Shown here piece by piece: positions 15,876 through 23,971 of a stretch of 47,189 nt of DNA (position 1 is the stretch's first letter; each line of letters opens with the position of its first letter). This stretch comes from a virus (lineage: Duplodnaviria; Caudoviricetes). The stretch lies in IMG/VR virus record IMGVR_UViG_3300023283_000092, positions 1 through 47,189 of that record; one strand, 5' to 3'. Below the pieces are notes generated by a model, which saw only the letters and a program-made list of their open reading frames with translations, was not told the DNA's origin and did no database searches. The translations under genes and the position numbers were made by a program.

Positions 15876-15926
15876 ATGATTCAGCCCGGCGAGTGCTGCG
15901 CCAGCAGGACCACCGGGAAGATTAAA

Positions 15927-16002
15927 TGGGACCCTCGGTAGGACTCGAACCCACACCAGCGGGGTAGAAACCCGCCGCTCTATTCCGTTGAGCTACGAGG
16001 GC
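15927..16002 (-). tRNA. trnR: tRNA-Arg(TCT)
   Basis: Loop TT-TCT-AC. Confidence 0.93.
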
Positions 16003-16006
16003 ATGT

Positions 16007-16082
16007 TGGCTGTAGCGGCTGGATTCGAACCAGCAACCCTCCGGTTAACAGCCGGGAGCTCTGCCGATTGAGCTACACTACA
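16007..16082 (-). tRNA. trnN: tRNA-Asn(GTT)
   Basis: Loop CT-GTT-AA, U1-A72, G73. Confidence 0.95.
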
Positions 16083-16087
16083 ATAGA

Positions 16088-16164
16088 TGGTGGGCGCGGT
16101 GGGAGTCGAACCCACAAGAGATCGGGTTTGAGCCGATCATGTTTGCCGATTACATCACGCGCCT
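16088..16164 (-). tRNA. trnL: tRNA-Leu(CAA), short variable loop
   Basis: Loop CT-CAA-AC, A1xC72. Confidence 0.9.
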
Positions 16165-16170
16165 ATGGAA

Positions 16171-16246
16171 TGGTGGCCCCGGAGAGATTCGAACTCTCAC
16201 CGCACAGGGTCTAAGCCTGTCGCCTCTACCGTTGGGCTACGGGGCT
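16171..16246 (-). tRNA. trnL: tRNA-Leu(TAG), short variable loop
   Basis: Loop CT-TAG-AC, A1xC72. Confidence 0.9.
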
Positions 16247-16270
16247 GTGTGCCAAGATAGCGCATTAAAA

Positions 16271-16345
16271 TGGGACCCCCGGCGAGATTCGAACTCGCAC
16301 CCGGATGGTTCGTAGCCACCTGCACGTCCATTGTGCTTCGGGGGT
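16271..16345 (-). tRNA. trnR: tRNA-Arg(ACG)
   Basis: Loop CT-ACG-AA. Confidence 0.92.
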
Positions 16346-16352
16346 ATGTCGC

Positions 16353-16401
16353 TGGATGTCTCACGAACGTTAGTGAGTGGGTGCCTCACGAACAGAGTGA
16401 G
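16353..16401 (-). repeat. Two tandem 24-25 bp hairpin+CCA units
   Basis: CTCAC-loop-GTGAG-(G/A)CA(C/T)CCA twice on minus strand. Confidence 0.75.
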
Positions 16402-16475
16402 TGGATGCCACCCCTGGATTCGAACCAGAAACTCAAGGTTCAGAGCCTCGCGTGATGCCGTTTCACCAGGTGGCA
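16402..16475 (-). tRNA. trnQ: tRNA-Gln(CTG)
   Basis: Loop CT-CTG-AA, U1-A72. Confidence 0.93.
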
Positions 16476-16497
16476 TTGATTTCACAAAACTGTGAAA

Positions 16498-16573
16498 TGG
16501 ATGGGCCGGCTGGATTCGAACCAACATCTTCGAGGTTCAAAGCCTCGCGTGTTGCCGATTACACCACAACCCA
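16498..16573 (-). tRNA. trnQ: tRNA-Gln(TTG)
   Basis: Loop CT-TTG-AA, U1-A72. Confidence 0.93.
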
Positions 16574-16625
16574 TCGGGTCGCCGACGTGGGATAAGCCCG
16601 CTCGAGCACGGAACTGCCGGCGTCT

Positions 16626-16642
16626 TTCAGTTGTCAGAAAAC
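16626..16642 (-). promoter_or_regulatory. boxA-like antitermination site
   Basis: GTTTTCTGACAACTGAA just after tRNA-Ala, resembling rrn boxA GTTCTTTGAAAACTGAA. Confidence 0.55.
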
Positions 16643-16649
16643 GCGGTCA

Positions 16650-16724
16650 TGGTGGACCACCAGGGATTCGAACCCTGACCTAACTGCTTGCAAGGCAGCC
16701 GCTCTCCCATTAAGCTAGCAGCCC
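16650..16724 (-). tRNA. trnA: tRNA-Ala(TGC)
   Basis: Loop CT-TGC-AA, G3-U70, A73. Confidence 0.95.
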
Positions 16725-16765
16725 ATCACGACCGTTCTACCGTGTTCTGCGACGGTAGGAGCCCA

Positions 16766-16795
16766 ATTATAACACCACGCCAAGGCTTAGCGCAA
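16766..16795 (-). promoter_or_regulatory. tRNA operon promoter
   Basis: TTGCGC-N18-TATAAT with extended -10 TG. Confidence 0.8.
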
Positions 16796-16799
16796 GTCC

Positions 16800-16838
16800 A
16801 AAAAGAAACGGGGCCAGCATAAGGCCAGCCCCGCTTCG
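16800..16838 (-). terminator. Intrinsic terminator ending structural block
   Basis: CGGGGC stem followed by TTTCTTTTT on minus strand. Confidence 0.75.
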
Positions 16839-16879
16839 CGTAACCGCTTACGCGGCAACGTTTTGCGCGTCCCTGCTAT

Positions 16880-17599
16880 TTACCCCATGGCGCCATCTGC
16901 CGGCCTCACTCGCTCGGCGTCGGGGTTGTCCACCGGCGTATAGCGCACCTCGAGCACACTGCTTGGACCGAACGGACCGGCCACGCCATCGCACACCTCG
17001 CGCGGCAAATAGCGCACCCGATGCTGCACGGGTGACGTCTGTGGGGCCACCCAGTCAATGCCTGACGCCTTGTTCACGACGTAAAACTGGAAGCCCGCCT
17101 TGTCGAAGTCGTCGAGGTCGAAGTTGAACGCCTGCTCGATGGTCGCCACACGGAACGGCTGGGCGCTCGACGGATCTTCGTCAAAGCCGAACTCCAAAAT
17201 CTCCACGTCGCAATCTCCGGCATAGCTGACGGAGACAATGGCGCTCGTGTTGAAGCCGGTAATCACCGTGCCATCACCGAAGACCACGTTGGACTGTTCG
17301 AGCCCCGTGATTTGTGGCACCGACACCGCAGGCGCCGGCTGGGGGTCTGGCCCCACCTGGTTCGTGGTACCCGGCGCCACTGGCTGCGCTGGGGCCTGTG
17401 GCGAGGCTTGTGTGTCGCTCTGGGGTGTTACAAGGATCGTGCCAGGCGCAGGGCCTGGCTCCTTGGGCTCCTCGGGCTGCAACTGTAGCTCCGCAGGCGC
17501 CGGCTCGTCTACCGGGGCGGTATCACAGGCCCCAGACCCCAGGCTGGCCGCCATCAGGCCCGCCAACAGCATTGCTGACGCGAATACCCTCTTGTTCAT
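16880..17599 (-). CDS. Predicted lipoprotein with Pro-rich linker
   Basis: Signal peptide ending ..SGA-C; GGAGGT RBS. Confidence 0.75.
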   Translation of the reverse strand: MNKRVFASAMLLAGLMAASLGSGACDTAPVDEPAPAELQLQPEEPKEPGPAPGTILVTPQSDTQASPQAPAQPVAPGTTNQVGPDPQPAPAVSVPQITGLEQSNVVFGDGTVITGFNTSAIVSVSYAGDCDVEILEFGFDEDPSSAQPFRVATIEQAFNFDLDDFDKAGFQFYVVNKASGIDWVAPQTSPVQHRVRYLPREVCDGVAGPFGPSSVLEVRYTPVDNPDAERVRPADGAMG

Positions 17600-17639
17600 T
17601 CGTACCTCCCATACATGGGTTTGTTGGTGACTCTATAAT

Positions 17640-17954
17640 CTAAGATCTTTCGGTCAGCCGGTCAACTCGCTCCTCGATTCGCGCGAGAGACCGCTGCATG
17701 TCCTCGAGGACGCGAAACCTGGCGACCGCCTCGCCACGAGGCATCATCTTCTCGCGTTGTATCAGGAGCTCGGATCTTACGCTCTCACGGTCCTGGTTCA
17801 CTTGCAACTTGCACGAGTTTAGGTCCGACTCGAGCATAGAGACCCGCCTGTCTATCTGGTTTCCACGACGGAAGTGGTACCCAATGGCACCCAGGCCCGC
17901 ACCTGCCAACAGTATGATTACGCGCACAAGGAGGTCAGACATGAGAGGGTCCAT
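17640..17954 (-). CDS. TM plus coiled-coil protein (holin-like candidate)
   Basis: N-terminal TM, heptad-rich remainder. Confidence 0.6.
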   Translation of the reverse strand: MDPLMSDLLVRVIILLAGAGLGAIGYHFRRGNQIDRRVSMLESDLNSCKLQVNQDRESVRSELLIQREKMMPRGEAVARFRVLEDMQRSLARIEERVDRLTERS

Positions 17955-17955
17955 G

Positions 17956-20900
17956 TTATCTCCTTCCCGATGCGCGCTTCTCTCTCCGCGACCTGCGCAC
18001 TTCTCTCCGGGCGTCCCGAAGCACGCGATTGGCTGTTCTCAAATAACGCTTCTGTAGTAACACAATCTCTCGCGCCTCCTCGGGTCCAACCTCGCGCAAC
18101 AGGGCCTGAACATCATCGTTCTGGCGCCAGGCGATGGCATTCGTGATCGGACCAAGCGGGGCATTGGAGCGGAGTGACGCCTCCACGGATCGGCGCACGG
18201 TCTCTCGTTCCTCCTGGGTCTCGGGCTGCTCGAGCACCGACACGAGGTAGTTTCTGGCGGCGCCAAGGTCTCCCGAGGCCACGTTGTCGAACGCATACTG
18301 GAAGCGCAGGCTCCGCTCGGTGGGCTCTCGGGCGCCACGACCACGAATCACGTCCCCAATGGCACCGGCGACCAGGCTCTCGCCTCGCTGCTGCGCGGCA
18401 AATTCACGCGCACGATTGCGTGTCCGGTTGTATTGGGGGAAGAAGTTGTCTTTGCTGAAGCCCTGTTCCACCTGAGCCACGATGTCAGCGCCCAACTGCG
18501 CAGCGGGCACAGATGACTGTAGTGTCTCGTTGGCGGCGGCCAGCATTTGCTCGAGCGATTGATCCTTGGTGACCTGCTCGATACCCTCGCCAAATTGTTG
18601 CAGTTGACTGTAGAGAGGACCCCCTGCGAAATTGTCCCACCCCCAAACGAGGTCGGTGACGATGCCCACCACGGCGCCATCGGCCATATGGTTGAGTGTC
18701 TGCAGAGCCCACTCCTCAGTCGAGTCTAGCTGCGAGGGGTCGGTCAGAAGTTTGGAGGTGATGGACTCTTGCCGGTCACGGAACACGTCTCGAGCGACGT
18801 TCCATATCTCGGCGATGATACCACCCGCCAGGATGATCTTCGCCGCCGGGGCTAGGTTGCCCTTGACGGCCTCTTGAAACACGGCCTTCCGAACAAACTC
18901 GAACTGCTTGGCCATGAAAGGCTTAAACTTAAACAGTGTCCGAAAGGCGCCGCTCTGACCCCACAAGATGGGCTGGGTAAGAACATCCATGGCGAAGTTG
19001 CGGTCCTCGTTGGCGCGGATAGCGAGTGCGCTCAGGTCGTCCGCAGACATGCTGTCCCCACGCCTCCAGGCCTCGACAAGCTGGGCCTGGAGCTCGGGAT
19101 CATCCGTAAGTCGTTGAGCGCGGTCAAGCGTGGAGCGAGTAACCTGGCCAGGCTGCAGGTTCCGCACCTCGCCGCCCACGTCTTCAAGCGCCCGACGACT
19201 CTGTATCAGCCTATCGGCACCACCCTCGCCGCCAGCCAGGCGCTCCAGGGTGCGCACGCGCTTAGCTCTAACCGCGCCAGTCGGATCGGCAACAGGCAGC
19301 CTACGACCCCCGAGCAATGGCACGCCGAACGGAATCTGACGACCCTGGGCCTGCAGGGGAATCACACCCTCTCCCAAGGCCTCGAAGTATTGCGCCAAAC
19401 GGGACCCTGTGGGGTTGTTCTCGGAGCGAATGATTCTGTGGGTCAAGAGCTCGACCGCACGCTTGGCCGTGATTGATGTGGCAATCTGGTTGCCAGCCTC
19501 TCCGGGCAAAAACCCGGTGGCCCGCAACACGGCGTCCGTAACACCCTCAAGAGGCGCACCCTCGATGATGTCCTGTGTAGCTGTGGCGCGGGCACGCACG
19601 CCTCCGGTGCGGATGGCCTCGTCGGTCAGTTCAGCGATCTTCTGCGCCCGCTCACCGAGCTTCCTAGACACACGCTCGAGTCCGGCCTTCTCGCTGATGC
19701 TAGCTGCGCTACCCATAAACCGAGACGCCACGGGGGGTAGGTCGCGCGCAAGGGTGTTAAATTGCACCGATATTGGCAGGTCCACCGTGTTTACGAATCT
19801 CTGGCCGACCTGGCGAACCGTGGTGAACGGGCTGGACAGCTTTGCCGCTGTTAGGGCGTTTGAGACGAGACCCCATATCTGAGTCGAGGCAAGCGGCTCG
19901 GCATTCGAGCTACCGAACGTCATGCGGTGGACGTTCTCCACAAGATCCGCCGCGCCCTCATCGACACCCCGCATTCTTTGGATAATGGCATCCGCCTGCG
20001 TGCCGTTCACACCAAACTCGTTAATGCCTTCGATAAACAGGGCCTCGCGCTCGAAGAAGTCTTCGGCCCACCTTATGTAGTCCTTCTCGATGAAGGGATC
20101 AGGTAGGCGTATACGTTCACGCGTGTAGTAACCCAGGTCGGCGTGGAGGTTTCGGTCATAGAACGATTTAATCATGGCGAGCGCGGTGTCCACGTCAGGC
20201 GCATTGCCTTGCTGCACCATAAATTCTGCGGTTGCACGGACGCCCCCATCACCCAACCCCTTGTTCTGAGCGTCTCGGATCAGCTTGATACCATCCTTGT
20301 TGACGATCATGGGCAAGAATCGACCAGAGCCAGCGGCAGCCCTACCGTTACGCTCGCCGCCCATGGCTATAAAGTCCTCAAGACCGCGGTCAAAGATGGG
20401 ACGGTGATCCTCGATGGCGTTTCGAATGCGATCCGTGGGTGCGTTCTTCTCGCGCAGCAAAACCCCGTCCCCATCCACTTCGTCTCCAAACTCGTCAACA
20501 AGGTCCCAGATTATCTCCCTGTCCGCTCTGGACAGCTTGTGCTTGGCAACCACGTTCTTAAGGTCTTCAAAGTTTCTCGACTTGCGTGGAAGTGCCCGCC
20601 CGATGGCCGCACGCATCTTGGTGGCGTACTGCCCACCCAGGTTCTCACCGAAGATGGCCGGCACCGCGTTCTCGAGACGGGAGAAGTTCAACTTGGCGAA
20701 CTGTGTGGCACCAGACAGGCCCTCCTGAATAGCAGACATCACGGTCCCACCCAGGGCCTCCGCAAGCTCTTCGTCGGGCGTGAGCTCACCGGCCCTCTTC
20801 TTGCCCCCGATCGCACGGGAAATGCCATCCTTGATGCGCTCGGCACGGTTAAGGTTTCTCACGTCCGCCGCGTTCTGCTCCGTAGCCGTGCGGGCTGTGT

Positions 20901-23900
20901 TGGCTGTGCTCCGGGCTGCGCGAACACTCCCCTCGCCTGCGCCCGTAACATCGTCAAAGATTCGCGTGGCGCCCGCCTCGCTGCGCAGACGCCCTCTTGC
21001 TGACTGTGCGTCCAGTTGCGCCTCACCACGGACCTCGGCAACCTGAGCGTCAAACTCGTCGAGAAGTCTCTCGGGTAGGATGCCACGGATAGAGGCGACC
21101 ACGCGGTCATCCTTGAGCCTCTCCGCTCTCTGGCGCACGTTATCGAGTGCCGCCTGTGTCTCGGGGTCCAGTGTTCTTCTGGCGGTCCCCGTGGCGCCAC
21201 GCTGTGTTGCGAGATTGGCCTCGATGCGGGGGTCGGGGATTGCGCGTGGGGGCTGGCCGAAGGTGGTTTCTATGCCACCGCCCTCCTCAAACCTTTCCAC
21301 AACCTGGATGTCTTCGGGCGCAAAACGAAGCTCGGCCTCGTTTGGAATATGGATCGCTTGCCCGCGAGACCCTCTCGGCGCGTTCCCGCCAAGGATAGAC
21401 CCGGACGCCGAGGATCTGGCCTCCACGTCAACAACACCAATGTTGTCAGGGTCCATATCGCGGAACCTACCAAACGACCCATCGACGTCTGAGAGGATCG
21501 TGGTCTGCTTGATAGCCCTTGGCTCGCCACCCACGTTCCTTGACACGCCAAGCTGATCCAAAGACCTGGCGAGCCTGTACGTGTTCCTGGGTGATTCGTT
21601 TGCAATTGCCAGGATGTTGTCTATGAAGTTGTCCGCTAGCAAGGCCCGGTCCACAATTCCCGTGCTATCCACACTATTGTCCAGCGCATCCTGGAACGCA
21701 CGGTCCACCTTGTCATCGCCGAGCCTTAGTGTGCCCGTGAGGCCTTCCATGAGATCTGGATCGTTGATATCGCGGCCCCACTTGTTCTCGAAGTGACGAA
21801 CCACGTCTTCCGCAGTCGCCTCACCGCGAGCCGCCCTTGCAGTTATGCGCAGGTCATCTGCGATCGTTTCGGCCTTGGCCCTGCTGTACGTCACGCTGAC
21901 CGTGTTGTGGGTCCCCCCGGCAAGAACCCCATCATCAGACTTGAGTTGCCCCCTTGACGCCAGACCCTTTCGACGTACGTTGTTAAGATCTGTTGTGGCG
22001 TGAAACAGGCCGTCGTCAACAAACTCTTCAGGGATGGCCAGGTCAGCACGAGCGATCCACACGTCAGGGTTGCCCGTGAATTCTGTCTGCGTTGCCACGC
22101 GAGAGGTCACCCCGGCCGCACGGGTCGATCCCTCGCCCGCCCCGGTGACGCCCTCAAAGACGCGGGCGGCACCCCGACGATTGCCGATGACGCTGGCCTG
22201 GTCCTGCATCACACGTTCAACAGCCGTCAGTAGGGTGTCGCTCTTTCGCTGGGCCACGACAATTGTCGGCTTGTCTCCGGGTAGTCTGGCCACGATCTCG
22301 CCAGAGCCGTTGATGACAACCCGGTCCCTGCCTGGCGAGTCTACGACATTGAACGTTTCACCGTTGATTGTTACTTCGCGGTCCGCAACCCTCGGGCCCC
22401 TGTCGGCCGGTGTCTCTTGGCGTGCGCGGAGGGACGCCTGTGGTCCCACATCGGGTCGCACGACATCCGGTCTTCGGCTGGCGTCTATGGCCGCTTGCTG
22501 GGCCGGCGACAGGATGGCGTCAGGTCCCACCTCGGGGCGCACCTCTGGCGGCCTCAAGGCCGCGTCACGTGCAGCCTGCTCGGCTGCAGACAATTGTGCG
22601 ACCTGCTCTGGCGTCTGGAGGGCAAACGGTTCTGTTATAGGGTCGAACCTGGACTCGGTTGCAAGATCAGCAAGGGCGCTGTTGACATTGATCTCCTCCC
22701 CTGTTGGGAAGCGCCATACGCGCACCCCTTCAGGGGTCGTTATGATCTCAGCGCCCTCGGCAATCTGCCTTGACACGCGCTGGAGACGCTTCGTTGGGAT
22801 GAGCTGTAGGATGCGGGCCTCGTCGCCAGAGGCGAGGGCGTCCCGTAGCTGACCCGCCCGCCCCCCACCACCCAAGGCACCACCGAAGACGGCCACGATA
22901 CCGGCCATGGCCGCCGTGCGCTCGTTGATCTCGCCCTCCTCAAGCGCCTGTGAAAGGGCACCCAGGGCTGCGCCCTCTGGCCCAAATCTTGCAGCGCCCT
23001 CAGCAAACGCTGTGCGGAACGGAGCCCTCACCGCGAACTGTTCGGCTGCACTCGCGGCGCCCGCCCGTCTCACGCCACGGGCGACCTGGCGACCCACACC
23101 CACGCTCGCGCGTACGGGCCCGAGACCCGCGAGCTCGATCGCCGCTTCACGGTTGATGAGGCCGGCCAGGTCAAGCGCAGCAATCACGTTAGGGTTGAAC
23201 CCCTGCTCCACAGCACGCTCGATGCCCTTCTCGGACACCTCGCGACCACCTGCGTCGGGTGGCAATACCCCGCCCGAGAACACGAGACCCGCAGTCTCGG
23301 CGGGCTCGCCAACGACGTCGGGGATCGCTCGCGACAGGGCGAGTGTCACACGCGATTCCGTGCTCCCCGGCTCGGCACCCTCGGTAACCACGTCGCGCAC
23401 GCCCCCGAGTACCCTGTCAAGGGTCAGGTTGGCGTTGGCGAGTGCTCGCTGCAAGGCGTTCGGCGCCAGCGTCTCGAGCTGATCCTCCTTTGGCGCCGGG
23501 AACACGGGCCTGCTGCGATCGGGCTGTAGGCGCGACTCCCGGGTCTCGCGGGGCGGACCCTCAACAGAGAACGTAGACGGACCACCAGGAGTGTCTTCCG
23601 GTGTGCCCTCAACTACCCCCTGGCGGGACGTGAGCTCGAGTAGCTCTGCCCGCGACTTCTGACGCTCCACGCCCAACCGCTCAGACGGACGCCCCGTCTC
23701 CGGTGTACCCACAAGGATGCCAATACGACCGCGGGGGATGAACGAGGCGTCGGGTTGGGACTCGGGTTCAGGCGCAGGCGCGGGCGCGGGCTGACCCCGG
23801 TCGGGTCCCCGCACACCGAAGGCCTCATCCAGGATCCGGTTGCCCGATCCGGCCCCTGCATCGAACGCCTCATCGAGCACGCCCGAAACTCCGGTGCCCC

Positions 23901-23961
23901 GGGAGGGGTCGCCCTGGGCGCGGCGGACTCTGTCTCTTAGATCGTCAGAACGTGTCGCCAA
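17956..23961 (-). CDS. Large internal virion/DNA ejection protein with probable ADP-ribosyltransferase-like domain
   Basis: 2001 aa, Ala/Gly-rich helical, last of three ejection-like genes; FHATT..SVT..EAE motifs; TTG start. Confidence 0.75.
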   Translation of the reverse strand: MATRSDDLRDRVRRAQGDPSRGTGVSGVLDEAFDAGAGSGNRILDEAFGVRGPDRGQPAPAPAPEPESQPDASFIPRGRIGILVGTPETGRPSERLGVERQKSRAELLELTSRQGVVEGTPEDTPGGPSTFSVEGPPRETRESRLQPDRSRPVFPAPKEDQLETLAPNALQRALANANLTLDRVLGGVRDVVTEGAEPGSTESRVTLALSRAIPDVVGEPAETAGLVFSGGVLPPDAGGREVSEKGIERAVEQGFNPNVIAALDLAGLINREAAIELAGLGPVRASVGVGRQVARGVRRAGAASAAEQFAVRAPFRTAFAEGAARFGPEGAALGALSQALEEGEINERTAAMAGIVAVFGGALGGGGRAGQLRDALASGDEARILQLIPTKRLQRVSRQIAEGAEIITTPEGVRVWRFPTGEEINVNSALADLATESRFDPITEPFALQTPEQVAQLSAAEQAARDAALRPPEVRPEVGPDAILSPAQQAAIDASRRPDVVRPDVGPQASLRARQETPADRGPRVADREVTINGETFNVVDSPGRDRVVINGSGEIVARLPGDKPTIVVAQRKSDTLLTAVERVMQDQASVIGNRRGAARVFEGVTGAGEGSTRAAGVTSRVATQTEFTGNPDVWIARADLAIPEEFVDDGLFHATTDLNNVRRKGLASRGQLKSDDGVLAGGTHNTVSVTYSRAKAETIADDLRITARAARGEATAEDVVRHFENKWGRDINDPDLMEGLTGTLRLGDDKVDRAFQDALDNSVDSTGIVDRALLADNFIDNILAIANESPRNTYRLARSLDQLGVSRNVGGEPRAIKQTTILSDVDGSFGRFRDMDPDNIGVVDVEARSSASGSILGGNAPRGSRGQAIHIPNEAELRFAPEDIQVVERFEEGGGIETTFGQPPRAIPDPRIEANLATQRGATGTARRTLDPETQAALDNVRQRAERLKDDRVVASIRGILPERLLDEFDAQVAEVRGEAQLDAQSARGRLRSEAGATRIFDDVTGAGEGSVRAARSTANTARTATEQNAADVRNLNRAERIKDGISRAIGGKKRAGELTPDEELAEALGGTVMSAIQEGLSGATQFAKLNFSRLENAVPAIFGENLGGQYATKMRAAIGRALPRKSRNFEDLKNVVAKHKLSRADREIIWDLVDEFGDEVDGDGVLLREKNAPTDRIRNAIEDHRPIFDRGLEDFIAMGGERNGRAAAGSGRFLPMIVNKDGIKLIRDAQNKGLGDGGVRATAEFMVQQGNAPDVDTALAMIKSFYDRNLHADLGYYTRERIRLPDPFIEKDYIRWAEDFFEREALFIEGINEFGVNGTQADAIIQRMRGVDEGAADLVENVHRMTFGSSNAEPLASTQIWGLVSNALTAAKLSSPFTTVRQVGQRFVNTVDLPISVQFNTLARDLPPVASRFMGSAASISEKAGLERVSRKLGERAQKIAELTDEAIRTGGVRARATATQDIIEGAPLEGVTDAVLRATGFLPGEAGNQIATSITAKRAVELLTHRIIRSENNPTGSRLAQYFEALGEGVIPLQAQGRQIPFGVPLLGGRRLPVADPTGAVRAKRVRTLERLAGGEGGADRLIQSRRALEDVGGEVRNLQPGQVTRSTLDRAQRLTDDPELQAQLVEAWRRGDSMSADDLSALAIRANEDRNFAMDVLTQPILWGQSGAFRTLFKFKPFMAKQFEFVRKAVFQEAVKGNLAPAAKIILAGGIIAEIWNVARDVFRDRQESITSKLLTDPSQLDSTEEWALQTLNHMADGAVVGIVTDLVWGWDNFAGGPLYSQLQQFGEGIEQVTKDQSLEQMLAAANETLQSSVPAAQLGADIVAQVEQGFSKDNFFPQYNRTRNRAREFAAQQRGESLVAGAIGDVIRGRGAREPTERSLRFQYAFDNVASGDLGAARNYLVSVLEQPETQEERETVRRSVEASLRSNAPLGPITNAIAWRQNDDVQALLREVGPEEAREIVLLQKRYLRTANRVLRDARREVRRSRREKRASGRR

Positions 23962-23971
23962 TAGTCACTCC

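Noticed and set aside
13940-16683. Many short ORFs in the track over the tRNA array
   Set aside because: They are shadows of tRNA genes with no RBS or protein-like features
14005-16724. Suppressor tRNA or stop-codon reassignment
   Set aside because: No CTA, TTA or TCA anticodon found; long genes are intact under the standard code and all three stops are used
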